Assembly: GCA_963848295.1 (NCBI GenBank)
Contig: CAWKDB010000010.1
Location: 1,600,001 to 1,664,000, forward strand
From: an uncultured delta proteobacterium
GTDB lineage: Bacteria; Myxococcota_A; Polyangia; Haliangiales; Haliangiaceae
DNA length: 64,000 nt
Direction: 5' to 3'
Positions 9,987 to 20,231 of this stretch are shown here, piece after piece (position 1 is the stretch's first letter; every line of letters begins with the position of its first letter). The notes under the pieces are model-generated. The model did not search any database. It saw nothing but the letters and a program-made list of their open reading frames with translations, and was not told the origin of the DNA. The position numbers were made by a program, and so were the translations under genes.

Positions 9987-10283
9987 TCAGCCGACCGGGG
10001 GGCCGCGAGATGAACGAACCGATGCACCGCAATCCTCGACGGTGATCGCACGCCGATCGAGCTGGATGCATGACGTGTGGCGAGTGACATCCGGGCCGGC
10101 CGACACCGACGCGGTGACGAACGGAGCGACTCGAGCCGACGTGCGCGCGCGGTGGACCGCGTGGAGGTGCGGTGACGACGGTCCGTGGAGCTGCTGGACG
10201 TGATCGACGCGATCGACCATCGAATGGCCGGTCCCGGCCGCCACGAGGCAGCAGGCGATCACGAAGGCCCAGACCGATCGCAT
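9987..10283 (-). CDS. Small exported His-rich peptide ending in RGPP (DUF2946-like candidate arrest peptide)
   Basis: 98 aa: hydrophobic N-terminus 'MRSVWAFVIACCLVAAG', His-rich middle, C-terminal 'SSRGPPVG*'. Confidence 0.55.
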   Translation of the reverse strand: MRSVWAFVIACCLVAAGTGHSMVDRVDHVQQLHGPSSPHLHAVHRARTSARVAPFVTASVSAGPDVTRHTSCIQLDRRAITVEDCGASVRSSRGPPVG

Positions 10284-10393
10284 CGATATATTCGTAGCAC
10301 GCGACCACGGCGCGCGCGTGCACGATGCGTGGCTGCGTCTCGCAGATTGCAAGACCTCGCGGCGATGTCCGCGATTCGCCTACGCATGCGCGC

Positions 10394-10409
10394 TGGCGTG
10401 ACGCGTGCA
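10394..10409 (+). promoter_or_regulatory. Putative sigma54 -24/-12 promoter
   Basis: TGGCGTGACGCGTGCA fits GG-N10-GC, with 14 nt between the GC and ATG 10423. Confidence 0.5.
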
Positions 10410-10422
10410 AATCCGTGGTCGC

Positions 10423-10875
10423 ATGCAAGATCACCTCGATTCGGAGCAGGCGTTCGACGACGAACCGACTCGGCCGATCGAGCCGCGACCGGCGCGGGTG
10501 TTGATCGCCGAAGATGATCCGGCGCTGCGCGCGCTGATGGTGTCTCGCCTCCGCGCCGATGGCTGCGAGGTGATCGAGGTGCGCTCGGGCGATCAGGCAC
10601 TCGATGCGCTGACCGACGCCGCGATCGACGCCGACCATCGCTCGCTGTCGCTCGTCGTGCTCGATCATCGCATGCCCGGGCTCACCGGCATGGAGGTGTC
10701 GTATCTCGTACGCGCCTGGGGCATGAAGATGCCCGTCCTGCTCGTCACCGCGTATCCCGACCCGGAGATCTTCGACGAAGCCGACCTGTTGAACGTGCGA
10801 GTGCTGGCGAAACCGTTCGCCTTCACCCAACTGAGCCGGATCGCGGCGGCCGCGATCGATCGTCGACCATCGTGA
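10423..10875 (+). CDS. Single-domain response regulator
   Basis: 'VLIAEDD', 'VLDHRMP', 'VTA', 'KPF'. Confidence 0.85.
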   Translation: MQDHLDSEQAFDDEPTRPIEPRPARVLIAEDDPALRALMVSRLRADGCEVIEVRSGDQALDALTDAAIDADHRSLSLVVLDHRMPGLTGMEVSYLVRAWGMKMPVLLVTAYPDPEIFDEADLLNVRVLAKPFAFTQLSRIAAAAIDRRPS

Positions 10876-11903
10876 GCTCGCTCGCTCGCCATCCGATCCT
10901 CGGCGCCGTCGTGTTGATGGCGATCGTCGCGATCGCCGACTACGTGACCGACGTCGAGATGACGTTCGTCGAGCTGACCTACCTGCTGCCGATCACGCTC
11001 GCGACCTGGCACAGCGGTCGCGTCGCGGGCATCTGTCTCGCGGTGCTCGCCACGTTCAGCACGACCGCCATCTTCGTGCACGAATCGACGACGGCATCGG
11101 CGTTGGGCGTCAGCCTCAACGCGATCGGCGCGTTCGGCATGTTCGCCGCGATGATCGGGATCCTCGACGCGTTGCGCGGCCACGTCGAACGCGAGCGCGC
11201 TCAGCGCCGGCTCGCGATCGAACAATTGCGACACTCGGAGCGACTCAACGTCCTCGGCGTGCTCGCCGCCGGTGTGGCGCACGAGCTCGGCACGCCGCTC
11301 AACGTGATCTCGGGCGCTGCCGAGATGCTCCAGGAGCTCGAGCCCGATCGAGTCGACGCCCGCCACGCCGCTCGCATGATCCTGACCCAGACCGAGCGGA
11401 TCACCTCGATCATCCGTCACCTGCTCGACTTCGGCCGGCGCGGCAACGCCAGCTCGAAGCAACTGGTGGATCCCGAACGCGCCGCGGCGTCGGCCGTGGA
11501 GTTACTCACCCCGACCGCGTCGAAGGCCGGCACGACGATCAAGTTCACGCCGAGCACGCCGAGCGGCCGGGTTCGCGCGGACCTCGCGGAGATCGAGCAG
11601 GTCGTGTCGAACCTGATCCTCAATGGGATTCAAGCGATGCCGCGCGGCGGGACGCTCGAGGTCGCGACGGCGATCGAGGACGGGTTCGCGGCGATCACGG
11701 TCGTCGACGCGGGCACCGGGATCCGCGAGGCCGACCTGCCGTACATCTTCGATCCGTTCTTCACCACGAAGGGGGTCGGCCAGGGCACCGGGCTCGGGCT
11801 GTCGGTCAGCTACGGCATCGTCGGCGACTGCGGGGGTACGATCGATGTCGCGAGCGCGATCGGTGCGGGCACGAAGTTCGTCGTGCGCCTCCCGCTTGCT
11901 TAG
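10872..11903 (+). CDS. Membrane-bound sensor histidine kinase
   Basis: About four N-terminal TM segments; 'VAHELGTPL', 'NLILNG', 'DAGTGI', 'FFTTK..GTGLGL'. GTGA overlap with the upstream response regulator. Confidence 0.9.
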   Translation: MSSLARHPILGAVVLMAIVAIADYVTDVEMTFVELTYLLPITLATWHSGRVAGICLAVLATFSTTAIFVHESTTASALGVSLNAIGAFGMFAAMIGILDALRGHVERERAQRRLAIEQLRHSERLNVLGVLAAGVAHELGTPLNVISGAAEMLQELEPDRVDARHAARMILTQTERITSIIRHLLDFGRRGNASSKQLVDPERAAASAVELLTPTASKAGTTIKFTPSTPSGRVRADLAEIEQVVSNLILNGIQAMPRGGTLEVATAIEDGFAAITVVDAGTGIREADLPYIFDPFFTTKGVGQGTGLGLSVSYGIVGDCGGTIDVASAIGAGTKFVVRLPLA

Positions 11904-12967
11904 CGATCGCCGGCGCGGCGCATTGCACGGTCGTCGAAGCGCGCGATCGCGGAGGCCAGCGCAGCACGCTCCGCTGGGCTCGGCCTGATCGAAAGCGTCG
12001 CCGAGATTCCGGTCTTCGCGCGCTTCCACGTCCCGACGACCTTGCCATCGATCAACAGCGCGTTCGAGAAGATGATGCCGCCCCGCCCGACCGACCGCGC
12101 CCGCACGCGATCGTCGATCACCTCGACCCGATCGACGTACGCGACCAGATACTCGTCGAAGTTCGCGAGCACGTGCGCGATCGGCGTGCGCGGTCTCGCG
12201 ATCACCGAGCCCGCGTCGGCGGCACCGACGAGGTAGCTCGTACCGTCGTACCGCTCCGCCGCAAGCCCATCGCCGGCGAGCGCAACCGCGAGTCGGCAGT
12301 CCGCGACGGTCAGGCCCGACCACCACGCAAGATCGGCGATCGTCGCCGGACCGTGGCCCGTGAAGAATCGCCGCGCGAGCTCGGCGAGTGCGGGCTCGCG
12401 ATCGAGCGTGGCCGTAGGCACTCGATCCGCGACGAGCGCGTAGGTGTGCTGGTTACCGCGCAGCGCCCCGCTGCAGATGATCGCGTCGAGCTCGGCGCGC
12501 ATCAAGATCTGGACGAGTCGCTGCCCGGTCGCGGCGAGGTTCGCGCGGGCGAACACCGCGACGAGCTCGGCGCGAGTCCGTTGAACGCCGGCGAGCTCGC
12601 GCTCGAACACGGCGCGCGTCCGCGCGAACACCTTGTCGTCGAGCCCGCACTTGCGATCTTGATACGCGCACAACTGGCGAACGCGTGGCGCGGTGAGCTG
12701 CTGCAGCCAGCGCAGATCGGTGGCCGCCACCAGGTGCCACGTCGGGCGCATCACGTGGGTACGCACGATCGCTCCACTCGCGAATGCCGCGGCCACCTCG
12801 CCGGCCGCGCTCGGGGCGAGTCGCTGCGCCACGGCCCAGCTCGCGCCGGCGAAGTCTTGCGCCTGTACCGCGCCGAGGTGGTGAACGAGCTCGCGGGCAC
12901 TGTGTTCGCGGGACGCGACCAGCCGGTGCGCGCGCAGCCGACGGCGGAGCACGGCGGCCGAGATCAT
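11900..12967 (-). CDS. AlkZ-like (HTH_42) DNA glycosylase family protein
   Basis: 'GAVQAQD', 'RTHVMRPTWH', 'GPATIADLAWWSG', 'NFDEYLVAY', 'DGKVVGTWK'. Confidence 0.85.
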   Translation of the reverse strand: MISAAVLRRRLRAHRLVASREHSARELVHHLGAVQAQDFAGASWAVAQRLAPSAAGEVAAAFASGAIVRTHVMRPTWHLVAATDLRWLQQLTAPRVRQLCAYQDRKCGLDDKVFARTRAVFERELAGVQRTRAELVAVFARANLAATGQRLVQILMRAELDAIICSGALRGNQHTYALVADRVPTATLDREPALAELARRFFTGHGPATIADLAWWSGLTVADCRLAVALAGDGLAAERYDGTSYLVGAADAGSVIARPRTPIAHVLANFDEYLVAYVDRVEVIDDRVRARSVGRGGIIFSNALLIDGKVVGTWKRAKTGISATLSIRPSPAERAALASAIARFDDRAMRRAGDR

Positions 12968-13154
12968 CGGTCCGGTTTATCACCGCGCGTTCCGGTGATC
13001 GGCCGGTCGGCGGGCCAAAGGGGCGATTTGCCGCGGCTTCGCATGCCGTCGACGGTGACCTGAGGACCGGCCGTGAGGTGTGCGGACGGCTTTGGCGCGA
13101 TTGACTGTCAGCGGCGTCACGTTCGCCCGAACGAGCTGCGTGTTACCCAGATGT

Positions 13155-14396
13155 ATGACTCGCGCGCGCCTCGTCATCGCCGGGATCCTCTTGTCCGCTG
13201 CCGCTTGCGGCAACAGCTCGAACGGCTCGCCCGATGGCCTCACCGTCGACGCGAAGCCTGATGCGTTCGAGCTCGGCGTCGAGGCGATCCCGCTGACCAC
13301 GCCGGACGGCAGCTACTACAACGTGTCGCTGATGATGGGTGCCGGCACGTTCGCGCTCGATCTCGATACCGGCTCGACCTCGGTCGGCGTCGCCGGCTCG
13401 ACGTGCACCGGTTGCGGCGTCACCCCGCTCTACAACGCATCGAGCGGGACCGATCTGCACAAGACGGCGTCGACCGAGTACGACGACGGCACCGGCTGGT
13501 CGGGCGAGATCTACTCGGACAGCGTCTCGCTCGGCCACGAGACCCCATCGGTGAAGATCGCGTTCGTCGATATCACCGCACAACAGAACGGCTTCTTCGA
13601 CGGCTCGGACTACCAGGGCATCATGGGCCTCGGCCCGCAGCAGAATGCCGAGGACGGCACGACCGCGTATGTCGATGCCGCGAGCGCTGCAGGCGTCCCG
13701 AAGATCATGGCGTTCGAGCTGTGCCCGTCGCACGGAAACATGTGGTACGGCGGCTTCGATCCGAGCGCCGGCACCGGCGACGTCCAGTACGCGACGATGA
13801 TCCCGATCGACGACAACAACCCGTACTACGCCATCAACATCGACGACATGCAGCTCGGCGGCACGAGCCTCGGCTTCACCGCCCCCGATTTCCAGGAGCC
13901 GATCCTCGACACCGGCACGAGCTACACGTATCTGCCGACGCCCGTGCACACCGCGCTCGTCAACGCGATCAATGCGGACCCGGCGTTCCAGTCGATGTTC
14001 AACTCCAAGAAGATCAGCGACAACACCTGCGTGACCAAGGCCGGCTCGACCGCGGCGCAGGTCGATGCAGCGTTGCCCGTGCTGTCGATGAAGGTGCCGT
14101 CCGCGTCGGGCGACATCACGATCTCGGTGCCCCCGAGCCAGTCGTACCTGCTCGACTTCGGCGGCGGCCAATGGTGCCTCGGGATCGCCGACGGCGGCGC
14201 GGACGGCGGCGGCACGCTCGGCGATACGTTCATGCGCGGCTACCTGTCGGTCATCGACACGCAGGGCAGCCGGATCGGCTTTGCTCCCGACGCGGGCTGT
14301 GCCGCGTCCGGCGACCCGAACACGATTATCCACATGACCAAGCCGCACCACCCGCGGCCGCACCCGCGCTCGCCGGCGACGTTGAACCGGAAATAA
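13155..14396 (+). CDS. Pepsin-like (family A1) aspartic protease, lipoprotein
   Basis: Lipobox 'SAAAC'; two catalytic motifs 'LDTGS' and 'LDTGT'; 'GIMGLG'; 'TLGDTFMRGY..VID...RIGFA'. Confidence 0.85.
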   Translation: MTRARLVIAGILLSAAACGNSSNGSPDGLTVDAKPDAFELGVEAIPLTTPDGSYYNVSLMMGAGTFALDLDTGSTSVGVAGSTCTGCGVTPLYNASSGTDLHKTASTEYDDGTGWSGEIYSDSVSLGHETPSVKIAFVDITAQQNGFFDGSDYQGIMGLGPQQNAEDGTTAYVDAASAAGVPKIMAFELCPSHGNMWYGGFDPSAGTGDVQYATMIPIDDNNPYYAINIDDMQLGGTSLGFTAPDFQEPILDTGTSYTYLPTPVHTALVNAINADPAFQSMFNSKKISDNTCVTKAGSTAAQVDAALPVLSMKVPSASGDITISVPPSQSYLLDFGGGQWCLGIADGGADGGGTLGDTFMRGYLSVIDTQGSRIGFAPDAGCAASGDPNTIIHMTKPHHPRPHPRSPATLNRK

Positions 14397-14421
14397 CGGG
14401 TTTTCCGCGCTACGGTGCGGC

Positions 14422-15453
<1,032 letters not shown>

Positions 15454-15456
15454 GTA

Positions 15457-17085
15457 TTACGGCTCGAGCAGGATCGGATTGCCATCGACCGGCGCCGAGC
15501 CGACGCACGGGTGAGAGACGCCGGGACCGAGTGGGGAGATCTCGAATAGGCGGCAGTACGAGTGATACGAACCGCAGTCGATCGTCGACGCGCTCGCAGT
15601 GTCCCACGCGATCAGCGCGGTGTAGCCCGGCGCGGCGAGCGCGGTCGGCGAGCACCCGGTGAGCCGTGTCGGATCCTTGCCGGTGATCGCGTAGGTCCAC
15701 TGGGTGTCGGCGTGAGACAGCGGGCCCATCGTAGCGCCGACCAGCCACTGATACATCGCGGCCCACGCGTAGGTGGTCGCGGTTGGCTGTAGCGTCGCGG
15801 TCGCCTTGATGTAGTCGCCGAACGAGCCCCACTCGCCCGCGCCCGGGGCGTACCAATAGAACCGCGCGACGCCCGCGGCGAGCATCTGCAAGTAGCCGCG
15901 CACGAGGAACCCCGGCGCGGGTGCGTTCGTGAGCGTCGTCTTCGTCGTCGTGATCGTCTCGGTCGCGATGCTGTCGGCATCCATGCACGGCTTGATCGGC
16001 GCGTCGAGGCAGCCGCAGTCGCTGTTCGCGCACAGCGCGGTCGAGTTGCCGTTCGTTTGATAGTTCTCGCCCCAGCCGCCTTCGTCGACCCACATCGGCT
16101 TGCCGCCCATGTGGTCTTGCTCGCCGGTCGTGAGCGCCGCGTAACTGGCGAGCCGCGTCGCCCAGTTGACCTCGGGCATGCCGGCCGCAAACGCCTGCGT
16201 GTCTCCCGCGGAATCACCGGTGCCGTAGATGTGGAACACGAGCATGTCGGCGACGTCGCCCGGCGACGGCGTCTGGTCGAGGTAGTACTTCAGATCGTCG
16301 TAGCCCGCCGCTTGCGTGAACGACGGCGTGCCGACGACGACGGTCGGGTCGACGTACTTCACGATCCTTTGTAGGTCGGTCGCGGCGCGCGCGAGGTTCG
16401 CGCATGGCGTCGCCTGGTTGGCCTGACACGGAGGCGTCAGGTACTGCTTCGAGTTGACCTCGTTGCCGGGCGAGAAGCTGCGGATCTGCAGCGTGCCGTG
16501 CCAGCCGTTCGCCTCGCTGCAGCCGTCGCAGGTCTTCATCGCGAGCGCGAACACGAACTCCTGAAACGCACAGTCGTCCTGCGGCAGAGCCGCGGCGGTG
16601 CGAAACGACGCAGGGATGTTCACGCAATCCGCGCCGGTCGGCATCGTCAGATCGTCGGGGAGCACGCCGGAGCCCGCGCCACCGACGGGATGACTCCAGT
16701 CCGGATAGTCAGCCGCGACGAAGTGGACGTCGCTGTTGTGCGCGAGGAACGCGCCGAGACTCGCCCAGCTCCAGCACGACGCATCGAGCTGCGTCGGATC
16801 GCAGCGCGCGGTCTCGAGCCCGGCCCAGTCGACGTCGGAGCCCCAGGTCCGCAAGCTCCCGATGTCCGAGCCCGCGAGGGTCGGCCACGGCGTGTTCACC
16901 TTCGGCGCCGACGCGGGGTTCGCCGGCCAGTTGATCGAGAACAACATCGGCGTCACGCCGGTGTGACCGACCGCGGCGTCGCCGGCATCGCTGTCGGCGA
17001 CGACGTCCTGGCCCGGCGCGCTATCGATGACCGTCGCGCTGTGCGAGCTGCAGGCTGTGAAGACGAGCGCGATCGCGAATCGCAT
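15457..17085 (-). CDS. Lipoprotein with clan GH-A (GH39-like) glycoside hydrolase domain
   Basis: Lipobox 'FTAC'; acid/base 'GNEVN'; 'FHIYG'; nucleophile-like 'PMWVDEGGW'; 'RFYWY'. Confidence 0.6.
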   Translation of the reverse strand: MRFAIALVFTACSSHSATVIDSAPGQDVVADSDAGDAAVGHTGVTPMLFSINWPANPASAPKVNTPWPTLAGSDIGSLRTWGSDVDWAGLETARCDPTQLDASCWSWASLGAFLAHNSDVHFVAADYPDWSHPVGGAGSGVLPDDLTMPTGADCVNIPASFRTAAALPQDDCAFQEFVFALAMKTCDGCSEANGWHGTLQIRSFSPGNEVNSKQYLTPPCQANQATPCANLARAATDLQRIVKYVDPTVVVGTPSFTQAAGYDDLKYYLDQTPSPGDVADMLVFHIYGTGDSAGDTQAFAAGMPEVNWATRLASYAALTTGEQDHMGGKPMWVDEGGWGENYQTNGNSTALCANSDCGCLDAPIKPCMDADSIATETITTTKTTLTNAPAPGFLVRGYLQMLAAGVARFYWYAPGAGEWGSFGDYIKATATLQPTATTYAWAAMYQWLVGATMGPLSHADTQWTYAITGKDPTRLTGCSPTALAAPGYTALIAWDTASASTIDCGSYHSYCRLFEISPLGPGVSHPCVGSAPVDGNPILLEP

Positions 17086-17140
17086 CCCTCATCTTGCGAC
17101 GAGCCCGAAACCGCCCGCTAGTCTCAAAAAACTGAGTGGC

Positions 17141-17425
17141 TCAACGCCGAGCGCGTTCATTACCAAACCGTAGCCTCGACCGTTGCTTCGCCTTCTCGGA
17201 CTCGATCGCACGATCGCGAGGCGGCGCCTCGGTCTCGAGCGAATCGATCAGCTTGCGCGCCACGCGAAACGTCTCGACCACGGCGCGATCGAACGCCGCG
17301 GTGTTGGCCTGCGACGGGTGCGCGTAGCCGCTGAGCTTGCGGACGAACTGGAGCGACGCGGCCCGGATCTCTTCGTCGGTCGCCGGGGGCGCGAAGTTGA
17401 ACAGGGTCTTGATGTTGCGGCACAT
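17141..17425 (-). CDS. DUF2277 family protein
   Basis: 'MCRNIKTLFNFAPPATDEEIRAASLQFVRKLSG'. Confidence 0.85.
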   Translation of the reverse strand: MCRNIKTLFNFAPPATDEEIRAASLQFVRKLSGYAHPSQANTAAFDRAVVETFRVARKLIDSLETEAPPRDRAIESEKAKQRSRLRFGNERARR

Positions 17426-17468
17426 CCCCAGGAAGCTACGCGACGCAAAACGCGTCCGCAACGCCACG

Positions 17469-17675
17469 CTAGGCGTGAACGAGGGCGCGGCGAACGATCG
17501 ACTCGGCGATCGCGACGAACACGACTCGCGTCACCGCGCGCAGGATGCCTTCCCGGCGCACGGGCGGCGTGGGCTTGGCGGCGGCGTCGCGATGAGCGAG
17601 CTCGTAGCCGATCGCGATGCCGAGCCCGAACCGGGCCCACGGGCTGTCGAGCACGACGTTGACGGGCGATCGCAT
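17469..17675 (-). CDS. Small hypothetical membrane protein
   Basis: 68 aa, starts 1 nt after the stop of the upstream gene, hydrophobic 'FGLGIAIGY'. Confidence 0.5.
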   Translation of the reverse strand: MRSPVNVVLDSPWARFGLGIAIGYELAHRDAAAKPTPPVRREGILRAVTRVVFVAIAESIVRRALVHA

Positions 17676-17676
17676 G

Positions 17677-17898
17677 CTAACCGCGGTGGAGCAGGCGCGC
17701 GCCGAGATAGCCAGCCGCGACTCCGAGCGCGATCGCGGCAAACGGGTGATATCGGACCGTCGTGCCGACGGTCTTGACCCCCTTGCCGACGCTGCGCTGC
17801 GCGTCGTCCTTGAGCTCGATGATCTTGTCGCTCGCGTCGTGGAACCGGCTCGCGAGGTCGTCTGCCGCTCTGCTGATGGTCTTGGCTACAGTCGTCAT
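17677..17898 (-). CDS. ElaB/YqjD/DUF883-like tail-anchored protein
   Basis: Helical N-terminal part and C-terminal 'VRYHPFAAIALGVAAGYLGARLL'. Confidence 0.7.
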   Translation of the reverse strand: MTTVAKTISRAADDLASRFHDASDKIIELKDDAQRSVGKGVKTVGTTVRYHPFAAIALGVAAGYLGARLLHRG

Positions 17899-17910
17899 GC
17901 CACGAAGAAG

Positions 17911-17926
17911 TGCAACGCGTGTACCG
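17911..17926 (-). promoter_or_regulatory. Putative sigma54 -24/-12 promoter
   Basis: Minus strand CGGTACACGCGTTGCA (GG-N10-GC), with 13 nt between the GC and ATG 17898. Confidence 0.6.
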
Positions 17927-18010
17927 CGCAGCAGGGCGCGCAGACGCGAACCTACATGGCCGAGCCGAGCGCACGAGCCCGGCTGCACGCGGCCGTGCGC
18001 GAGCGCGCGA

Positions 18011-18862
18011 TCAAGGCGACTGGCCGGCGAAGAACGGGCGCAACACGTCCGCGACCTTCGCGGGCTGGCCGGTGTTGTCGGCGGCGGTGTGGCCGACGCG
18101 GCGGAGCTCGATGCGCGTCGCCGACGGCAGCTGATCGGCGAGCTCGTCGAGCGCGACTCGCAGGAACCGGGCGCTGCGCTCGCCGCCGAGCAGCAACAGC
18201 GGGCAGCGCAGGTCGCGAAAGCTCGAGTCGTCCGCGATCTCGCGCACGAGCTGGACGTCGTAGTGCATCGTCGGGACCAGCGCGCGGAGCGCGACGTGGT
18301 CTTCGTGCTTGTCCGCGGCGTCGAGCCGCATCGCGAGCCTCATGCCGGCCACGAGCAGCGCGCGCGGCACGTGAGCGAGTGCCGAGTGGTCGCTCGTGCC
18401 TTTGATCGCCGCGACGATCGCCGCCGCGAGATCGCCGCTCTCGAGCGCGCGCTCGTAGTCGGGCACCCACGCGTCGGGCCGGGCACCGCGCACCGTCAGT
18501 GGCGGCTCGTACAGCGCGAGCTTGGCGATCGCGGTGAGCGTCCGCGCCGCGTACAACGCGATGACCGCGCCGGAGCTGAGCCCGAACACGCAGCGCGCAC
18601 TCGTCGCACGCAACAGCGCCTCGAGATCGGCGCGCTCCGCGGCGAGGCCGTAGCTCGGTCCGAACGCGCCGCTCTTGCCGCGGCCCCGCCGATCCGGCAC
18701 GTGGACCGTGAACGTGTCGCCGAGTGCGAGCGCGAGCTTGTCGAAGTTCTGCGCAGCCTGAAGCCCGCCGTGGAGCAGCACGACGCCCGGGCCGCTACCG
18801 TAGCTCCGATAGCTGATCGCGGTGCCATCGGCGGAGACCAGCGACGCGGTGCGATACGACAC
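18011..18862 (-). CDS. Alpha/beta hydrolase
   Basis: 'VLLHGG', 'PDRRGRG', nucleophile elbow 'GLSSG', 'LYEPP', C-terminal 'GH'. Confidence 0.85.
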   Translation of the reverse strand: MSYRTASLVSADGTAISYRSYGSGPGVVLLHGGLQAAQNFDKLALALGDTFTVHVPDRRGRGKSGAFGPSYGLAAERADLEALLRATSARCVFGLSSGAVIALYAARTLTAIAKLALYEPPLTVRGARPDAWVPDYERALESGDLAAAIVAAIKGTSDHSALAHVPRALLVAGMRLAMRLDAADKHEDHVALRALVPTMHYDVQLVREIADDSSFRDLRCPLLLLGGERSARFLRVALDELADQLPSATRIELRRVGHTAADNTGQPAKVADVLRPFFAGQSP

Positions 18863-18877
18863 GGCGCTCGACGAACG

Positions 18878-19303
18878 TCAGGGCTTGACCGCTCGCTTGC
18901 GCGGCAGGATCTCGTCGCTCTCGATCGCGGTCCTGAACGCTGGGTCGTTGTCGCAGGCTTGCGCCGCGGCCTTGACCTTGTCGAACGCGTTCTTCATGCG
19001 CGCCTCGTAGGCTTTCTTGAACCATTCCTTCGCCGCCGCGTCGGTCATCGTCTTGGTTCTCACCACGTCGACATCCGCGGCGATCGCTTTGCCGATCTCG
19101 GAGCTCGCGTGCACCGCTTCGACGGCCTTGCCGCAGTCGGATCCCGCGGCTTCGAGATCACCGGCGAACTTTTCGAGCGCACCCGCGTACTTGTCAGCGG
19201 TCGCGACCATCTCGTCGGTGATGCCCGCCGGGCGGTCGCTCGCGCTCTTGCTGCATCCGGCGGCGAGCACCACCGCGACAGCGACGCTCGTGATTCGGCT
19301 CAT
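18878..19303 (-). CDS. Hypothetical helical lipoprotein
   Basis: Signal peptide with lipobox 'LAAGC'. The start could instead be 19309. Confidence 0.65.
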   Translation of the reverse strand: MSRITSVAVAVVLAAGCSKSASDRPAGITDEMVATADKYAGALEKFAGDLEAAGSDCGKAVEAVHASSEIGKAIAADVDVVRTKTMTDAAAKEWFKKAYEARMKNAFDKVKAAAQACDNDPAFRTAIESDEILPRKRAVKP

Positions 19304-19338
19304 GCCCATGGACGCGGTGATAACGCGACCCGTCTCGC

Positions 19339-20061
19339 TCATGCGAGGTTCGTATAGACATTCTGCACGTCGTCATCCTCTTCGAGAGCCGCGACGAGCT
19401 TCAACACCTCGTCGGTCTTGTCGTCGGGCAGCTCCGTCGTGGTCGCCGGAAGGTACTCCGATGCGGTCGAGATCGGCGAGATCTTGCGAGCATCGAGCGC
19501 GCTCTGCATCGTGCCAAAGTCGGTGAACGCGACCCGCACCACGAGATGCTTCTCGCCCTTGTCGCCCTCGCCGTCCTCGAGCGCGACCAAGCCGTGATCG
19601 ATCAGATCGAGCTCGAGCGCATCGCGATCGAGCCCTTCGGGGTTGAGCCGGAACAGTCCCTGACGACTGAACATGAACGCGACGCTGTTCGTGGCGCCCA
19701 TGTTGCCGCCGTGCGATTTGAAGTAGCTACGGACGTTCGCGACCGTGCGCGTGACGTTGTCGGTGGCGGTCTCGACCAACATCGCGACGCCATTCGGACC
19801 GTAGCCTTCGTACACCACGATGTCGTAGTCGGTCGCGCCCGCGCCGCTCGCCTTCTTGATCGCCGCTTCGATGCGATCCTTGGGCATGTTGACCGCGCGC
19901 GCGTTCTGCAACGCCCGGCGCAGCGACGGGTTACCATCCGGGCTCGCGCCGCCGGCCTTGACCGCCATCGCGATGTCCTTGCCGACCTTGCTGAACTGCT
20001 TCGCGACGCGATCCATGCGCGCGAAGATGGTGGATTTGCGTTTTTCGAAGGCGCGGCCCAC
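19339..20061 (-). CDS. yebC: YebC/PmpR family protein
   Basis: 'MGRAFEKRK', '[12 protein letters not shown]', 'YEGYGPNG', 'TDNVTRT', '[13 protein letters not shown]'. Confidence 0.95.
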   Translation of the reverse strand: MGRAFEKRKSTIFARMDRVAKQFSKVGKDIAMAVKAGGASPDGNPSLRRALQNARAVNMPKDRIEAAIKKASGAGATDYDIVVYEGYGPNGVAMLVETATDNVTRTVANVRSYFKSHGGNMGATNSVAFMFSRQGLFRLNPEGLDRDALELDLIDHGLVALEDGEGDKGEKHLVVRVAFTDFGTMQSALDARKISPISTASEYLPATTTELPDDKTDEVLKLVAALEEDDDVQNVYTNLA

Positions 20062-20231
20062 GGCGGGGAGACCCTAGCATTAGTACGTGTTCGAGTCCGA
20101 GGGCGAAGAGCGCGAGCTGCTCGCGGCGCTACGAGCGGCTCCGCCCCAGCCCGCGTGATCCGCGAGCTCGGATTCCTCGCGTTGCCGAATCCTACAGCGC
20201 CGCCGGTACGACCCTTGCTCGACGTAGGTTG

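Noticed and set aside
20080..20225. Intergenic region with short inverted repeats, possible ncRNA or REP element
   Set aside because: No second copy or recognisable RNA family was seen, and short GC hairpins are expected by chance.
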